Of a DNA stretch of 64,000 nt, positions 18,829-28,849 are shown piece after piece. Every line of letters begins with the position of its first letter. Position 1 is the first letter of the stretch. The DNA is from Nitrospirota bacterium (GTDB lineage Bacteria > Nitrospirota > UBA9217): NCBI GenBank assembly GCA_963840455.1, contig CAWIYV010000001.1, positions 64,001 through 128,000 of the forward strand, written 5' to 3'. The position numbers were made by a program, and so were the translations under genes. The notes beneath the pieces were generated by a model. The model was given only the letters and a program-made list of their open reading frames with translations, was not told the origin of the DNA and searched no databases.

Positions 18829-19185
18829 TCAGAATTCTTTCAGCAATTTCGGCACTGACATCCGGAGGAGGAACCTGCCTTTTCCAAAGTTACCGTCTGG
18901 CTTGATGATCAGCACCATGAAGTACTCGTCATTGAGACGTCGCAGCATGATCATGGCCTTGTCCGCTATGACCGTGACCTCTCTGGTGGAACCGAGCTGC
19001 GAAGCCTGCGATCCTTGTTCGATCTCCTTCAGGAGCGTGGCGTACTCGACCGTCATGGACTGCAGGTCGATCTCCTTGTCCAGGGTGAATTCCTCTACCG
19101 AGATGCCATCCACCCCTACCACGAGTGCGCCCATTGCCCCCTCAGTTCCCTGTACGACCTCTTTCAGAATATCGGCAAAGGGCAT
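18829..19185 (-). CDS. Roadblock/LC7 domain protein (MglC-like)
   Basis: GALVVGVDGISVE...GNFGKGRFLLR; TAATG overlap with the upstream TPR gene. Confidence 0.85.
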   Translation of the reverse strand: MPFADILKEVVQGTEGAMGALVVGVDGISVEEFTLDKEIDLQSMTVEYATLLKEIEQGSQASQLGSTREVTVIADKAMIMLRRLNDEYFMVLIIKPDGNFGKGRFLLRMSVPKLLKEF

Positions 19186-20627
19186 TATGATTCTTTCTCC
19201 TTCATGATATTCTTTAGCCACGACTCCAGACGATCGATGGTTTCTTTTCTTCTCACCGTGGCCGCTTGGGGATTACGCACATCGGTACTGTCTGGGACAG
19301 ATTCCATGACGGTTTTCTCAGGTGCGGTCCCAGAGGGGGACGGTTCAGGAGACCTCGGGATCTCTTTCATCGCGCGGAGCGCTTCCGTCGAGGCCTCGAC
19401 CGCAGGCCGCGTTTCCGCTATTGCTTCCGATCCCGCCGGCGTATATTCTCCCTTTCCCGGTACTGCTGTGGCGAATCCCTCAACGCCGCTTTCCGCGGCG
19501 CCAGCCATGGCACGAAGCTTCTCGAGCTTCTGCTGCAAAGCCTTGTTTTCCGGCCGCTCTTCCAGCATGCCCCGATAGATCTCGATAGCTTTATCGTAGA
19601 ATCCCTGCGATATATAGAGCTCGGCAAGAGTGTTCGTATTCAGATCATCGCCGCCTTCATCGCCCCCCGTTGCGGTCTCTGCCGGCCTGCTCTCCTCAGG
19701 CGGTGTGAACATTTCTGTGCCCCACGATACCGCCGCCAGGTCTTCGGTTTCCGTTGACGCCATCGCCGGTGCTTCACTCAGATCGAATGCGGGCATCTCG
19801 GCGGTCTCTGCGTCCTGGCCGGCAGGCTCCGGCTGGAGTATCGCCGCGTTCTCGACAGCAGGCGCCTTGACCTCCGGCGCAGGACCGGGCTGTTCGAGAG
19901 GTTCGATCTCAACGATGTCTTCAATGACCTCTGCCTCATCATGGGCCGGGGGTGCAGGTGGTGGCGGTACAGGCCGGGGCTGTGCGACAGGCCTTGCGGG
20001 CGTTGCAGGTGCTGATGAGTCTATCTTGGGGACAGCGGGGGCCGGTGTGGGAGCCTTCTGCGCAACTGTGGGAACAAAACCTGGCGTTGACCCTGCCGGT
20101 TTTGCTGCTCCCGAGGAGGGTACCGGTTTCGGTTTAAGCGGCGCGACAGACGCTGGCGCGGCTTGCGGAGCCGCAGGCGAAGTCAGTACTTTCGGCCGGG
20201 GGACCCGCGCAGAAACGTCCTTGCCGGCCTCAAGGTCGGCAAGCAGCGAAGGGAGTTCCTTGTCACTGGGATTCAAGGCCAATGCCGCTTTGTACCGCTT
20301 CAGTGCATCATCTCTCCTGCCCTGGAGTACATAAAGATCCCCCAGCTTTCGCTGGGCGAGCAGGTTGTCGGGAATTGCCTTGATGACCTCTTCAAGCTCC
20401 TTCTGAGCGCCGGTCAGATCTCCCTTGTCAATCAGGAGCCTGCCCAGGAATGACCGCGCAGTGACATAGCCGGGATTGGACCTGAGCCCTTCCGTGAGGA
20501 CCTGGATGGCCATCTCGAGGTCCCCTGCCTTCTTGTGCTCTTCCGCCAGCGGCACAAAAAGCTTCGATTTGGGGTCCTTGGCGATCCGCTCGGTCAGTTT
20601 CGCTATTTCAGAGGAATCTTTGTCCAT
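19185..20627 (-). CDS. TPR protein with a long Pro/Ala- and acid-rich linker
   Basis: N-terminal TPRs (FVPLAEEH...PDNLLAQRKLG), low-complexity middle, TNTLAELYISQG TPR, C-terminal RLESWL helix. Confidence 0.85.
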   Translation of the reverse strand: MDKDSSEIAKLTERIAKDPKSKLFVPLAEEHKKAGDLEMAIQVLTEGLRSNPGYVTARSFLGRLLIDKGDLTGAQKELEEVIKAIPDNLLAQRKLGDLYVLQGRRDDALKRYKAALALNPSDKELPSLLADLEAGKDVSARVPRPKVLTSPAAPQAAPASVAPLKPKPVPSSGAAKPAGSTPGFVPTVAQKAPTPAPAVPKIDSSAPATPARPVAQPRPVPPPPAPPAHDEAEVIEDIVEIEPLEQPGPAPEVKAPAVENAAILQPEPAGQDAETAEMPAFDLSEAPAMASTETEDLAAVSWGTEMFTPPEESRPAETATGGDEGGDDLNTNTLAELYISQGFYDKAIEIYRGMLEERPENKALQQKLEKLRAMAGAAESGVEGFATAVPGKGEYTPAGSEAIAETRPAVEASTEALRAMKEIPRSPEPSPSGTAPEKTVMESVPDSTDVRNPQAATVRRKETIDRLESWLKNIMKEKES

Positions 20628-20691
20628 AAAAAAGAAAGCGTCGAACTTACGAATTTTAAAATTTTACCAGAAATCGCGTCCTAAAGTCAAG

Positions 20692-21909
20692 TTAAAGCCC
20701 TTGATTTTTCTTGAGTTCTACGATTGTGTCCATGATGCGCGCTGCGAGTTCGGTTTTCGTCATTCGTGGTAATTCCGTAATATTCCCTCCGCGTTCCATT
20801 AGGACTGCATCATTCATGTCTGATGCGAAACCACTACCCGGCAGCCCAATCGTGTTCGCAACGATGAGGTCGAGGTTCTTTTTCTTGAGCTTGTCTCCGG
20901 CATTCCGGATGAGGTCGTCGGTCTCGGCCGCAAAACCTACGAGGACCTGCCCCTCTCTTGCGTCACCAAGGCCTTGCAGGATGTCCTCGGTACGCTCGAG
21001 TGTAATGGTGAGGGATGCGCCCTCCTTCTTGAGCTTGCGTTCGGAAGGCTCCTTTGGCCGGAAATCCGACACGGCTGCTGCCATGATGAGGATCTGGCAC
21101 CTGCCGGCATGGTCCCGAACCGCGCGATGCATCTCGGCGGCGGTGGTGACCGATCTGTGGTTGACTCCCTGGGGAGGATACAGATGAGTAGGACCGGAAA
21201 TGAGCATTACGTCTGCACCGCGGTTCCGCGCCTCAGCGGCAAGCGCATACCCCATCTTCCCGGTCGACGGATTGCTGATGAACCGGGCGGCATCGATCGG
21301 CTCTCTCGTGGGCCCTGCCGTCACTAGGACCGTCATACCGACGAGGTCCTTCAGAGAAAGTGCCTCCTGTACTGCCTGGACGATGCGGTCCGGCGAAGCA
21401 AGCCTGCCCTGGCCGCTCGTCCCGCACGCAAGGGCGCCGATCTCAGGCTCTACGATCCGGATGCCCACTGCCCGCAGGTTCCCGATATTGCGCTGCAGGA
21501 ATGCGTTCCGGAACATGCGTTCGTTCATCGCAGGTGCGATGATGACCGGGCATTCGGCCGCCATCAGCGCGGTCGACAGGGCATCGTCGGCGATACCAGC
21601 TGACAGTTTCCCGATGATGTTCGCCGTGGCCGGCGTAACCAGGGCAAGGTCAAGCCCGTCGGTCACGGCAATGTGCCCCATCGGGCCCCAACCATCTTCG
21701 CTGAACTCATCGGTCAGCACCGGCTTCCCGCTGAGCGCGGAGAACGTCAGCGGAGCGACGAAACGTGCAGCGTTCCGGGTCATGACGACCCGTACCTCTG
21801 CGCCCAGTTCCATGAGCTTCCGCAGGACCTCTACAGCTTTGTAGGCGGCGATCCCTCCGCTCACCCCGAGAAGGATGCGCTTGCCGGTCAGTATACCTGG
21901 TCGCTCCAC
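20692..21909 (-). CDS. coaBC: Phosphopantothenoylcysteine decarboxylase/ligase
   Basis: GVSGGIAAYK, PATAN, PAMN, LACGTSGQGR, TAGPTRE.ID..RFISN.STGKMG, VGFAAET. Confidence 0.96.
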   Translation of the reverse strand: MERPGILTGKRILLGVSGGIAAYKAVEVLRKLMELGAEVRVVMTRNAARFVAPLTFSALSGKPVLTDEFSEDGWGPMGHIAVTDGLDLALVTPATANIIGKLSAGIADDALSTALMAAECPVIIAPAMNERMFRNAFLQRNIGNLRAVGIRIVEPEIGALACGTSGQGRLASPDRIVQAVQEALSLKDLVGMTVLVTAGPTREPIDAARFISNPSTGKMGYALAAEARNRGADVMLISGPTHLYPPQGVNHRSVTTAAEMHRAVRDHAGRCQILIMAAAVSDFRPKEPSERKLKKEGASLTITLERTEDILQGLGDAREGQVLVGFAAETDDLIRNAGDKLKKKNLDLIVANTIGLPGSGFASDMNDAVLMERGGNITELPRMTKTELAARIMDTIVELKKNQGL

Positions 21910-21912
21910 GTG

Positions 21913-22347
21913 CTACTCTTCCGCTTCCCCGGTGGACTCCTCGACTTCCTCTTCCACGGGCGGCTCTGCCTCGCCCTCGGCGCCTTCAACCTCTCCGAGA
22001 TCGCCCTCCTCCTGAGTGTCTGTCAGGTAGGCCGAAAGTTCCTTCCGGATCTCCTCTTCCTTCGCGGAAAGCTGCTCTTCCAACTTCTCCTGCTCCTTAC
22101 GCTTCCGAAGCTCTTCCTTGGCGACCTTCGCCTCCTCGCCCACAATGATCTTGTAGGACCCCAGCAGGCTTTCTTCGAGCGCGACGGTCGTATCCTTGAT
22201 GGACCTCGACGTCACGAGCGGCGTCTCGCCTGCGGAAAGCTCGCGCACCCGCTGGGACGCGATGTGCACAAGCCGGAACTTCGAGTCAGCCATCTTCGGA
22301 TTGATCTCTATCGGCAGCGATATGATGTCTTCTGCAATCTTAGCCAT
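21913..22347 (-). CDS. rpoZ: RNA polymerase omega subunit with acidic C-terminal extension
   Basis: DSKFRLVHIASQRVREL...TTVALEE; lies between gmk and coaBC. Confidence 0.85.
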   Translation of the reverse strand: MAKIAEDIISLPIEINPKMADSKFRLVHIASQRVRELSAGETPLVTSRSIKDTTVALEESLLGSYKIIVGEEAKVAKEELRKRKEQEKLEEQLSAKEEEIRKELSAYLTDTQEEGDLGEVEGAEGEAEPPVEEEVEESTGEAEE

Positions 22348-22376
22348 GGTTCTCCTCCCTGAAATCAGCGTTTATA

Positions 22377-22988
22377 TTATCTCAACAGATCTTCGATCCA
22401 GTTGTTCCTGAGCAGCTTGGTACGGCAGCGCTCGGCCACGACGATCGAGCGGAGTTCGGAAAGCGCCCGCTCGAAGTCGCGGTTCACGACGATATAATCA
22501 TAAAGCCCGTAATCCCTGATCTCGTCGACCGCCCGCCGCATGCGTTTCCGGATCTCTTCCTCCCGGTCGGACTTACGGTTCCTGAGGCGCTCCTCGAGGA
22601 TCGCCATCGAGGGCGGCATGATGAACACGAAAACGGCCGTGGTGAAATGGGACTTGATCTGGCGCGCACCCTGGGTGTCGATGTCGAGGATCACATCGAC
22701 GCCTTCCCTGATCATGTCGTCCAGGACGCGCTTCGATGTCCCGTAGAGGTTCGCATGGACCTCGGCATACTCGGCAAAATCGCCCGCCTGTACCATGTCA
22801 CGGAAACGGTCCGCGGTGACGAAATAGTAATCCCGTCCGTCGGTCTCCCCGGGCCGGGGCTTCCGGGTCGTATAGGAAATGGAGTGCGTCAGGTTCTCGA
22901 GGGATTCCGTGATGCCCTTGCACAGCGTTGTCTTCCCGGCGCCGGACGGTGCCGAGACAACGAACAGGATACCGTCCCGATGCTTCAT
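22377..22988 (-). CDS. gmk: Guanylate kinase
   Basis: SAPSGAGKTT, SYTTRKPRPGE.DG.DYYF, YGT, DIDTQGA. Confidence 0.97.
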   Translation of the reverse strand: MKHRDGILFVVSAPSGAGKTTLCKGITESLENLTHSISYTTRKPRPGETDGRDYYFVTADRFRDMVQAGDFAEYAEVHANLYGTSKRVLDDMIREGVDVILDIDTQGARQIKSHFTTAVFVFIMPPSMAILEERLRNRKSDREEEIRKRMRRAVDEIRDYGLYDYIVVNRDFERALSELRSIVVAERCRTKLLRNNWIEDLLR

Positions 22989-23227
22989 GCCGCATCACCT
23001 CCGAGCAAACGCTGCGCAAGCGTCTTCACCTGGACCGCCGAAAGGATCACGTGGTCGCTGTTCGTGACGACGATGGACCGCGTCCTCCTCCCCTGCGTGG
23101 CATCGACCAGCATGTTCCGTTCTTTTGCGTCATCCTTCAGCCGGCGCATGGGGGCCGATTCGGGCGAGAGGATGGTGACCCCCTTCGACGACATGACCAT
23201 GTTGCCGTACCCGACATCGACCAGCAT
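22985..23227 (-). CDS. remA: RemA/DUF370 family regulator
   Basis: MLVDVGYGN...SPESAP..RL...LVDATQGRRTRS...HVILSA. Confidence 0.88.
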   Translation of the reverse strand: MLVDVGYGNMVMSSKGVTILSPESAPMRRLKDDAKERNMLVDATQGRRTRSIVVTNSDHVILSAVQVKTLAQRLLGGDAA

Positions 23228-23240
23228 GTGCTCTCTGCGT

Positions 23241-24122
23241 TTACTCAATGTTCTGGACCTGTTCGCGGATCTTCTCGAGCTCGGCCTTGATATTGACCAC
23301 CTGCAGGGATATATCCGCATCAAGCGCCTTGGAGGCGATCGTGTTCACCTCACGCCCCATCTCCTGGATCAAGAAATCCAGTTTTCGCCCGACAGGCTCC
23401 GCGCCGGCCCCGCTCACCATGGCTCGGAACTGGCCCATATGGCTTCCCAGCCTCGTGATCTCCTCGGTCACATCGGTCCGCTCCGCCAGGATGGCGATCT
23501 CCTGGGCAAGCCGCGCTGGTTCGGGCGGGTCCTTCAGGATCTTTTCGAGGGCCTCGGTCATGCGCTTCCGCGCCTGTTCCACGATCACGGGGGTGCGGAC
23601 CCGGACCATTTCAATGAGCGTGACAATGGCGTCCAAACGACCGGTTATATCCCTCGCCAGAGAGGCCCCCTCCTGCTCCCGCATGGCCCCGAGCGCACCA
23701 ACGGCCTGCCTGATGCCGCCCACGAGCGAAGTCCAGAGCGCCTCCAGGTCCTCGGTAACCTCTTCCTTTCCGATAATATCGGGCAGTGCGTTCAGAAGCG
23801 CAAGGTCCACCTCTCCGGGAAGAGAGAACCGCGCTTTCAGCTCCTTCAGCACACCGATGTACTGCCCCGCGCGCTCATGATCGACGGTGAACTTGAACGG
23901 GCTTGCATCGGCGCCGCTCCGCGTGATGAACACGTCCACGCGGCCCCGGGAGAACCCTTCCTGGACTTCTTTCCGGATGCGCGGTTCAAGGGCATTAATG
24001 CTCCTCGGCAGCTTGATCTGCACGTCGAGATAACGGTTGTTCACCGACCGCATCTCGATGGCGAAATTACCTGCAGCGCTCCGGACATCTCCCCGCCCGT
24101 ACCCGGTCATGCTATGTATCAC
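23241..24122 (-). CDS. yicC: YicC/YloC family endoribonuclease
   Basis: SMTGYG, RSVNNRYLD, EEITRL.SH, GRKLDFLIQEMGREVNTI.SK, EKIREQVQNIE. Confidence 0.95.
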   Translation of the reverse strand: MIHSMTGYGRGDVRSAAGNFAIEMRSVNNRYLDVQIKLPRSINALEPRIRKEVQEGFSRGRVDVFITRSGADASPFKFTVDHERAGQYIGVLKELKARFSLPGEVDLALLNALPDIIGKEEVTEDLEALWTSLVGGIRQAVGALGAMREQEGASLARDITGRLDAIVTLIEMVRVRTPVIVEQARKRMTEALEKILKDPPEPARLAQEIAILAERTDVTEEITRLGSHMGQFRAMVSGAGAEPVGRKLDFLIQEMGREVNTIASKALDADISLQVVNIKAELEKIREQVQNIE

Positions 24123-24170
24123 GTTCCCGTCCCTCTCCGCAGTCGCTCCCGTAAGCAGGAACGCCTGATG

Positions 24171-24563
24171 TTACCTGGTCGATAGACTCGCTTCTGCAAC
24201 GGGCGCAAAATGATATTCCTGGACGCACAGGTCGCCGCAAAGGCCCCCGAAATAATGGACCTCCACATCCCATGCCGTTTTAATGATCATCTTGCGTTTG
24301 TCATCATCGCGAATGATCAGGAAGTTCTCGCCCTTGAGCGGCAGGTCGAGTTCCTTGGCCTTGGCCGCGAGGTCCGCCAGTATTTCCTCGTCCTTAAGCA
24401 CCTGCGCAGCGCTTGCCTTGATATCCATGGTATCCTTCATGCGTTCGAAATCCAGCCTCACGGACAGATATTTGATGCCTACATGGATCACTGCCCCCAA
24501 TAGAGCGAGGATGATCAGTACTTTCAGCTTGCTGACCCCGGATTCGTTGCCTATCATTTGCAT
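24171..24563 (-). CDS. Membrane-anchored hypothetical protein (DUF4845-like, pilin-like N-terminus)
   Basis: NESG followed by a hydrophobic helix; lies downstream of lepB. Confidence 0.65.
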   Translation of the reverse strand: MQMIGNESGVSKLKVLIILALLGAVIHVGIKYLSVRLDFERMKDTMDIKASAAQVLKDEEILADLAAKAKELDLPLKGENFLIIRDDDKRKMIIKTAWDVEVHYFGGLCGDLCVQEYHFAPVAEASLSTR

Positions 24564-24581
24564 AGCGTCCTCCTCGATCGA

Positions 24582-25295
24582 CTACTTGATCAGGCTGCCG
24601 ATTCGTTCCCACCGGAGCCACCTGCCGTCGTTCCCGTCCCAGGACCAGTAGATGATGAGTGCTTTGCCGAGGATCTTGTCGTACTTCACGAATTTCCATA
24701 CCCTGCTGTCCTGGCTGTTGTCCCGGTTGTCACCCATCACGAACACCGACTCCTTGGGGACGAGGACCGGTCCGAAATCATAGCCGGACTGATCACGGAG
24801 GTACTGGATCCTGTGGGTGACGCTGCCCAGACGCTCTTCGAGGACCCGCGGCCTCCCCCATAGCGATGCCTGGCCGGACCCCGGTTCTTTGTCACCGTCA
24901 TTGTTCAGCTCTGTTACGGGCACCGGCTGATCGTTGATCAGCAAGATGCCCTTCCGTATCTCGATCTTGTCGCCCGGCACCCCGACAACGCGTTTGATGA
25001 AGTTCTTGCTCTCATCCTCCGGGAACTTGAAGACGATGATATCACCGCGTTTCGGCTCCGCCCCCGAGAAGAAACGGCTGTCCGTGAAAGGAATGCGCGG
25101 GCCGTAGATGAACTTGTTCACCAGCAGATGGTCGCCGATGGTGAGCGTGGGGATCATGGACCCCGAGGGGATCTTGAACGCCTCGACCACGAACTGACGG
25201 ATGAACAGCGCAACGACCGCTGCGATCAGGAACGGTTCGACCCATTCCTTGAAAAAGGATTTCTTGGTGCCCTGCTGTTTCGCTTCCTCTGACAT
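24582..25295 (-). CDS. lepB: Signal peptidase I
   Basis: IPSGSMIPTL..GD, FIKRVVG.PGD, MGDNRDNSQDSR. Confidence 0.96.
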   Translation of the reverse strand: MSEEAKQQGTKKSFFKEWVEPFLIAAVVALFIRQFVVEAFKIPSGSMIPTLTIGDHLLVNKFIYGPRIPFTDSRFFSGAEPKRGDIIVFKFPEDESKNFIKRVVGVPGDKIEIRKGILLINDQPVPVTELNNDGDKEPGSGQASLWGRPRVLEERLGSVTHRIQYLRDQSGYDFGPVLVPKESVFVMGDNRDNSQDSRVWKFVKYDKILGKALIIYWSWDGNDGRWLRWERIGSLIK

Positions 25296-25324
25296 CAAAC
25301 CTCCGCCTTTTGTACTGCATTCTA

Positions 25325-25372
25325 AATTGCAAATTCGGAATAGTAAATTTCAAATTTTGCTATTTACAATTT
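25325..25372. repeat. AT-rich 7-mer-period imperfect inverted repeat
   Basis: aaattgc-aaattcg-gaatagt-aaatttc-aaatttt-gctattt-acaattt. Confidence 0.6.
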
Positions 25373-25403
25373 ATAATGTCTCTGTTTGAAATGATCGCGG
25401 TAC

Positions 25404-27215
25404 TTACTCCCCCACCTTGAGGACCGCGAGGAACGCTTCCTGAGGTAGTTCGATGCTGCCGATCTGTTTCATCTTCTTCTTGCCCTCTTTCTGCTTCTCC
25501 AGGAGCTTCCGTTTCCGGGTGATGTCGCCGCCATAACACTTCGCCGTCACATCCTTGCGAAGAGCTCGAACGGTTTCGCGGGAGATGATCTTTGTCCCAA
25601 TCGCGGCTTGAATGATGACCTCGTACATTTGACGAGGGATGACTTCCTTGAGTTTTTCTGCAAGTTGGCGTCCCCGAATGGCTGCCTTGTCCCGATGGGT
25701 GATGAGCGAGAGCGCGTCCACCGGCTCACTGTTCATGAGCATATCCAGCTTCACGAGGTCGGACTCGACGTAGCCGGACAGTTCGTAATCGAGCGACGCG
25801 TATCCCTTGGTCAAGGACTTGAGCCGGTCGTAGAAGTCCATAACGATCTCGTTCAGCGGAAGCTCGTAGTGGATCTGAACCCGGTCCTTGGTGATGTAGC
25901 TGATGCTCTTCTGGATGCCGCGCCGCTCCTGGCAGAGCGCGATGAGCGCACCGACATAGGTCTCCGGCGTGATAAGCGTGGCTTTGATGAAGGGCTCCTC
26001 GATCTTCAGGATCTCCTGAATACCCGGAAGCTTCGCCGGATTGTCGATGAGCACAACCTCACCATTGGTCTTGGTCACCTTATAGATCACGGTCGGCGCC
26101 GTAGGGATCAAGGAGAGCTTGAACTCCCTCTCGAGACGTTCCTTGATGATGTCCATGTGAAGCAGCCCCAGGAACCCGCAACGGAAACCGAAGCCCAGCG
26201 CCAGGGATGTTTCCGGCTCGTAGGTAAAGGATGCATCGTTTAGCCGGAGCTTTTCGAGCGCATCCTTGAGGTCGGCATAGTCGTCGCTGACCGTCGGATA
26301 GAGGCCGGAAAACACCATGGGTTTAACGTCCTTGTAACCCGCGAGTGGTTTCACGGCCGGACTAAGTGCGTCGGTGATAGTATCGCCGATCTTGGCGTCC
26401 GCAACACGCTTGATGCCCGCAATGATGTACCCCACTTCACCGGGTGACAGTTCGCTCTTCTGCGCCATCTTGGGTGTGAAAACACCCACGGATTGGACCT
26501 CATGGAGCGCTCCCGTAGACCAGAGTTTGATCTTCTGGTGCGGACGTACCGTTCCCTCCATGACCCGGACGAGCACCACCACGCCCTGGTACGTGTCGTA
26601 CCATGAGTCGAAGAGGAGCGCTTTGAGCGGCGCATCGGGATCGCCGGACGGCGCCGGAATGTTCTTGATCACGGACTCGAGGATCTCCCGGGTGCCGATG
26701 CCTTCCTTGGCGCTCGCCGGGATGGCTCCGGACGCATCGAGGCCGATGATGTCCTCGATCTGGTGCTTCGCCTCCTCGACATTGGCGCTCGGCAGGTCGA
26801 TCTTGTTGATGACCGGGATGACCTCGAGGTCGTGGTCCAGGGCAAGGTACACGTTCGCCAGGGTCTGCGCCTCGACACCCTGCGACGCGTCGACGACGAG
26901 GAGCGCGCCTTCGCAGGCGGCCATGCTGCGCGACACTTCATAGGTGAAGTCGACATGTCCCGGCGTGTCGATCAGGTTCAGGACATACTCCAGACCGTCC
27001 GACGCCTTGTAGGTGAGACGAACGGCGTGAGCCTTGATGGTAATTCCCCGCTCGCGCTCCAGGTCCATGTCGTCCAGCACCTGGTCCCTGCCTGCCGCAG
27101 CCATTTCCCGGTCCGAAAGGGCGCCGGTATACTCGAGGATCCGGTCGGCAAGGGTCGACTTGCCGTGGTCGATATGGGCGATGATGCAAAAATTTCTGAT
27201 ATGGCTGCCTGACAT
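25404..27215 (-). CDS. lepA: Elongation factor 4
   Basis: [59 protein letters not shown]. Confidence 0.98.
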   Translation of the reverse strand: MSGSHIRNFCIIAHIDHGKSTLADRILEYTGALSDREMAAAGRDQVLDDMDLERERGITIKAHAVRLTYKASDGLEYVLNLIDTPGHVDFTYEVSRSMAACEGALLVVDASQGVEAQTLANVYLALDHDLEVIPVINKIDLPSANVEEAKHQIEDIIGLDASGAIPASAKEGIGTREILESVIKNIPAPSGDPDAPLKALLFDSWYDTYQGVVVLVRVMEGTVRPHQKIKLWSTGALHEVQSVGVFTPKMAQKSELSPGEVGYIIAGIKRVADAKIGDTITDALSPAVKPLAGYKDVKPMVFSGLYPTVSDDYADLKDALEKLRLNDASFTYEPETSLALGFGFRCGFLGLLHMDIIKERLEREFKLSLIPTAPTVIYKVTKTNGEVVLIDNPAKLPGIQEILKIEEPFIKATLITPETYVGALIALCQERRGIQKSISYITKDRVQIHYELPLNEIVMDFYDRLKSLTKGYASLDYELSGYVESDLVKLDMLMNSEPVDALSLITHRDKAAIRGRQLAEKLKEVIPRQMYEVIIQAAIGTKIISRETVRALRKDVTAKCYGGDITRKRKLLEKQKEGKKKMKQIGSIELPQEAFLAVLKVGE

Positions 27216-27293
27216 AGTCTCCGATTCATGCTGACCATGGACACCGGCAGAAACCGGAGGACCGGTCCCTGATACCATCCACGGGATTCAGGA

Positions 27294-28253
27294 TCATGAT
27301 AGTTTGGCGATCTTCTGGAACGCCACCGCAGCTGCTCCCACCATCCCGGCCTCATCGCCGAGCACGGAGGGTACGATCTTTGTCCGCTCTGCAGTATAGG
27401 CAAAGGCCCGTTTCCGGACCTCCTCGCGCGTGGCGTCTATGAAAAGGTCCCAGGCATCCATTACGCCTCCGCCGATGACCACCATCTCAGGATTGAATAT
27501 ATTGATGAGATTGGCGATACCGATGCCAAGGTAGCGTCCCATGTCCTTCATCACGAGATGGGCCACGGTGTCACCGTTCCGCGCCGCCTGATAAATCTGC
27601 GCCGACGTGAGTTCCTGCCGGTCCTCAGCATCCAAACGCTTCTCTGCGCACATTGCCTTGAAGGTCATGACGATGCCACGGCTGGAAGCATACATCTCGA
27701 GACAGCCCCTGTTCCCGCAGCCGCATGTTCTGCCATCAGGGATGATGGTCATGTGCCCAACCTCGCCCGCCATGCCGTCGGCGCCGTGCCAGATCCGGCC
27801 GTCCAGGATGATGCCTCCGCCCACGCCAGTGCCGAGAGTCAGGAATATCATGCTTCTGATGTCCTTCGCAGCTCCGCGCCACTGCTCGCCAAGGGCAGCG
27901 GCATTTGCGTCGTTCTCGATGAACACGGGAAGCTTCAGTTCCCCTTCGAGGATCTGCTTCAGCGGGAGTTCGTTCCAGTCCGGGAAGTTGGGTGATTTGA
28001 CCACGACCCCGGTCTGCTCATAGATCACCCCCGGCGCTCCGACACCCACCGCTGCGACCCTCCGGCCGTACTGGTCTGCGTTCGCACGCTGCCGGTCGAT
28101 GTTCCTGATCAGCTTTGCGATGACCTTTTCGTGTCCTTCTGCTGCCAGGGTCTCCTCTTTCTGCTTCTCGAGGATATCGCCACTACGTGCCACCAGCGCA
28201 GTACGCGTATTCGTTCCGCCGAGATCCACGCCGATGACCACGCGGTCCACCAA
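27294..28253 (-). CDS. ROK family glucokinase
   Basis: GVDLGGT, ENDANAAALGE, TLGTGVGGG, GEVGH...CGCGNRGCLE. Confidence 0.92.
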   Translation of the reverse strand: MVDRVVIGVDLGGTNTRTALVARSGDILEKQKEETLAAEGHEKVIAKLIRNIDRQRANADQYGRRVAAVGVGAPGVIYEQTGVVVKSPNFPDWNELPLKQILEGELKLPVFIENDANAAALGEQWRGAAKDIRSMIFLTLGTGVGGGIILDGRIWHGADGMAGEVGHMTIIPDGRTCGCGNRGCLEMYASSRGIVMTFKAMCAEKRLDAEDRQELTSAQIYQAARNGDTVAHLVMKDMGRYLGIGIANLINIFNPEMVVIGGGVMDAWDLFIDATREEVRKRAFAYTAERTKIVPSVLGDEAGMVGAAAVAFQKIAKLS

Positions 28254-28386
28254 GCCCCTCCCTTAACCATCGAATAACAAAAGGATATTTTACGAAGACG
28301 CTTATATTATCATAGTGTCCATGAAATGGCAACAATATTATTCATTTTTATTCATATATCCAAATAGTTGTAAGGGATAAAGCCGG

Positions 28387-28791
28387 CTAAAGGCTGAGGG
28401 CAAGATATGCCCAATTGGCAAGCAGAACCACGACCACTCCCACCCTCATCAGTGTTGCTTCGCGAGGTGTGAGTGAGAGGGATATGCGTGAACCGCTGAA
28501 CAAGGTGGCAACGTCATACACGAACATCAGTAGTGCAGCGAACATAAGCAGGGCAATGGCCGGGTTCATACCGAACGATGCCGACAGATTGCCGTTCGCC
28601 AAGTGCACCAGCGAACGCGTTGCTCCGCACGTTGGACAAGGGATGCCGGTGAAGGCCCTGAATACGCATGATGGCATCAACTCCAGCACCGGAAGGAACC
28701 GCACTGCGATCAGCGCCAGGATAGCGATCGTACCGTAGATCAGACCGAACACGATATCGCCGGACATGCGTTTTTTTAGTGTCAGATGCAT
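28387..28791 (-). CDS. DUF2752-like membrane protein
   Basis: C.FR.FTGIPCPTCGATRS plus hydrophobic helices. Confidence 0.82.
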   Translation of the reverse strand: MHLTLKKRMSGDIVFGLIYGTIAILALIAVRFLPVLELMPSCVFRAFTGIPCPTCGATRSLVHLANGNLSASFGMNPAIALLMFAALLMFVYDVATLFSGSRISLSLTPREATLMRVGVVVVLLANWAYLALSL

Positions 28792-28849
28792 GGCGGGAAC
28801 ATTGAGCCTTCAGTCAGCGGGGACCCGTTTTCGGTCATCGGTACTTCCC

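Noticed and set aside
19700-20200. Repeat array in the TPR gene
   Set aside because: It is a Pro/Ala low-complexity linker with no fixed DNA unit.
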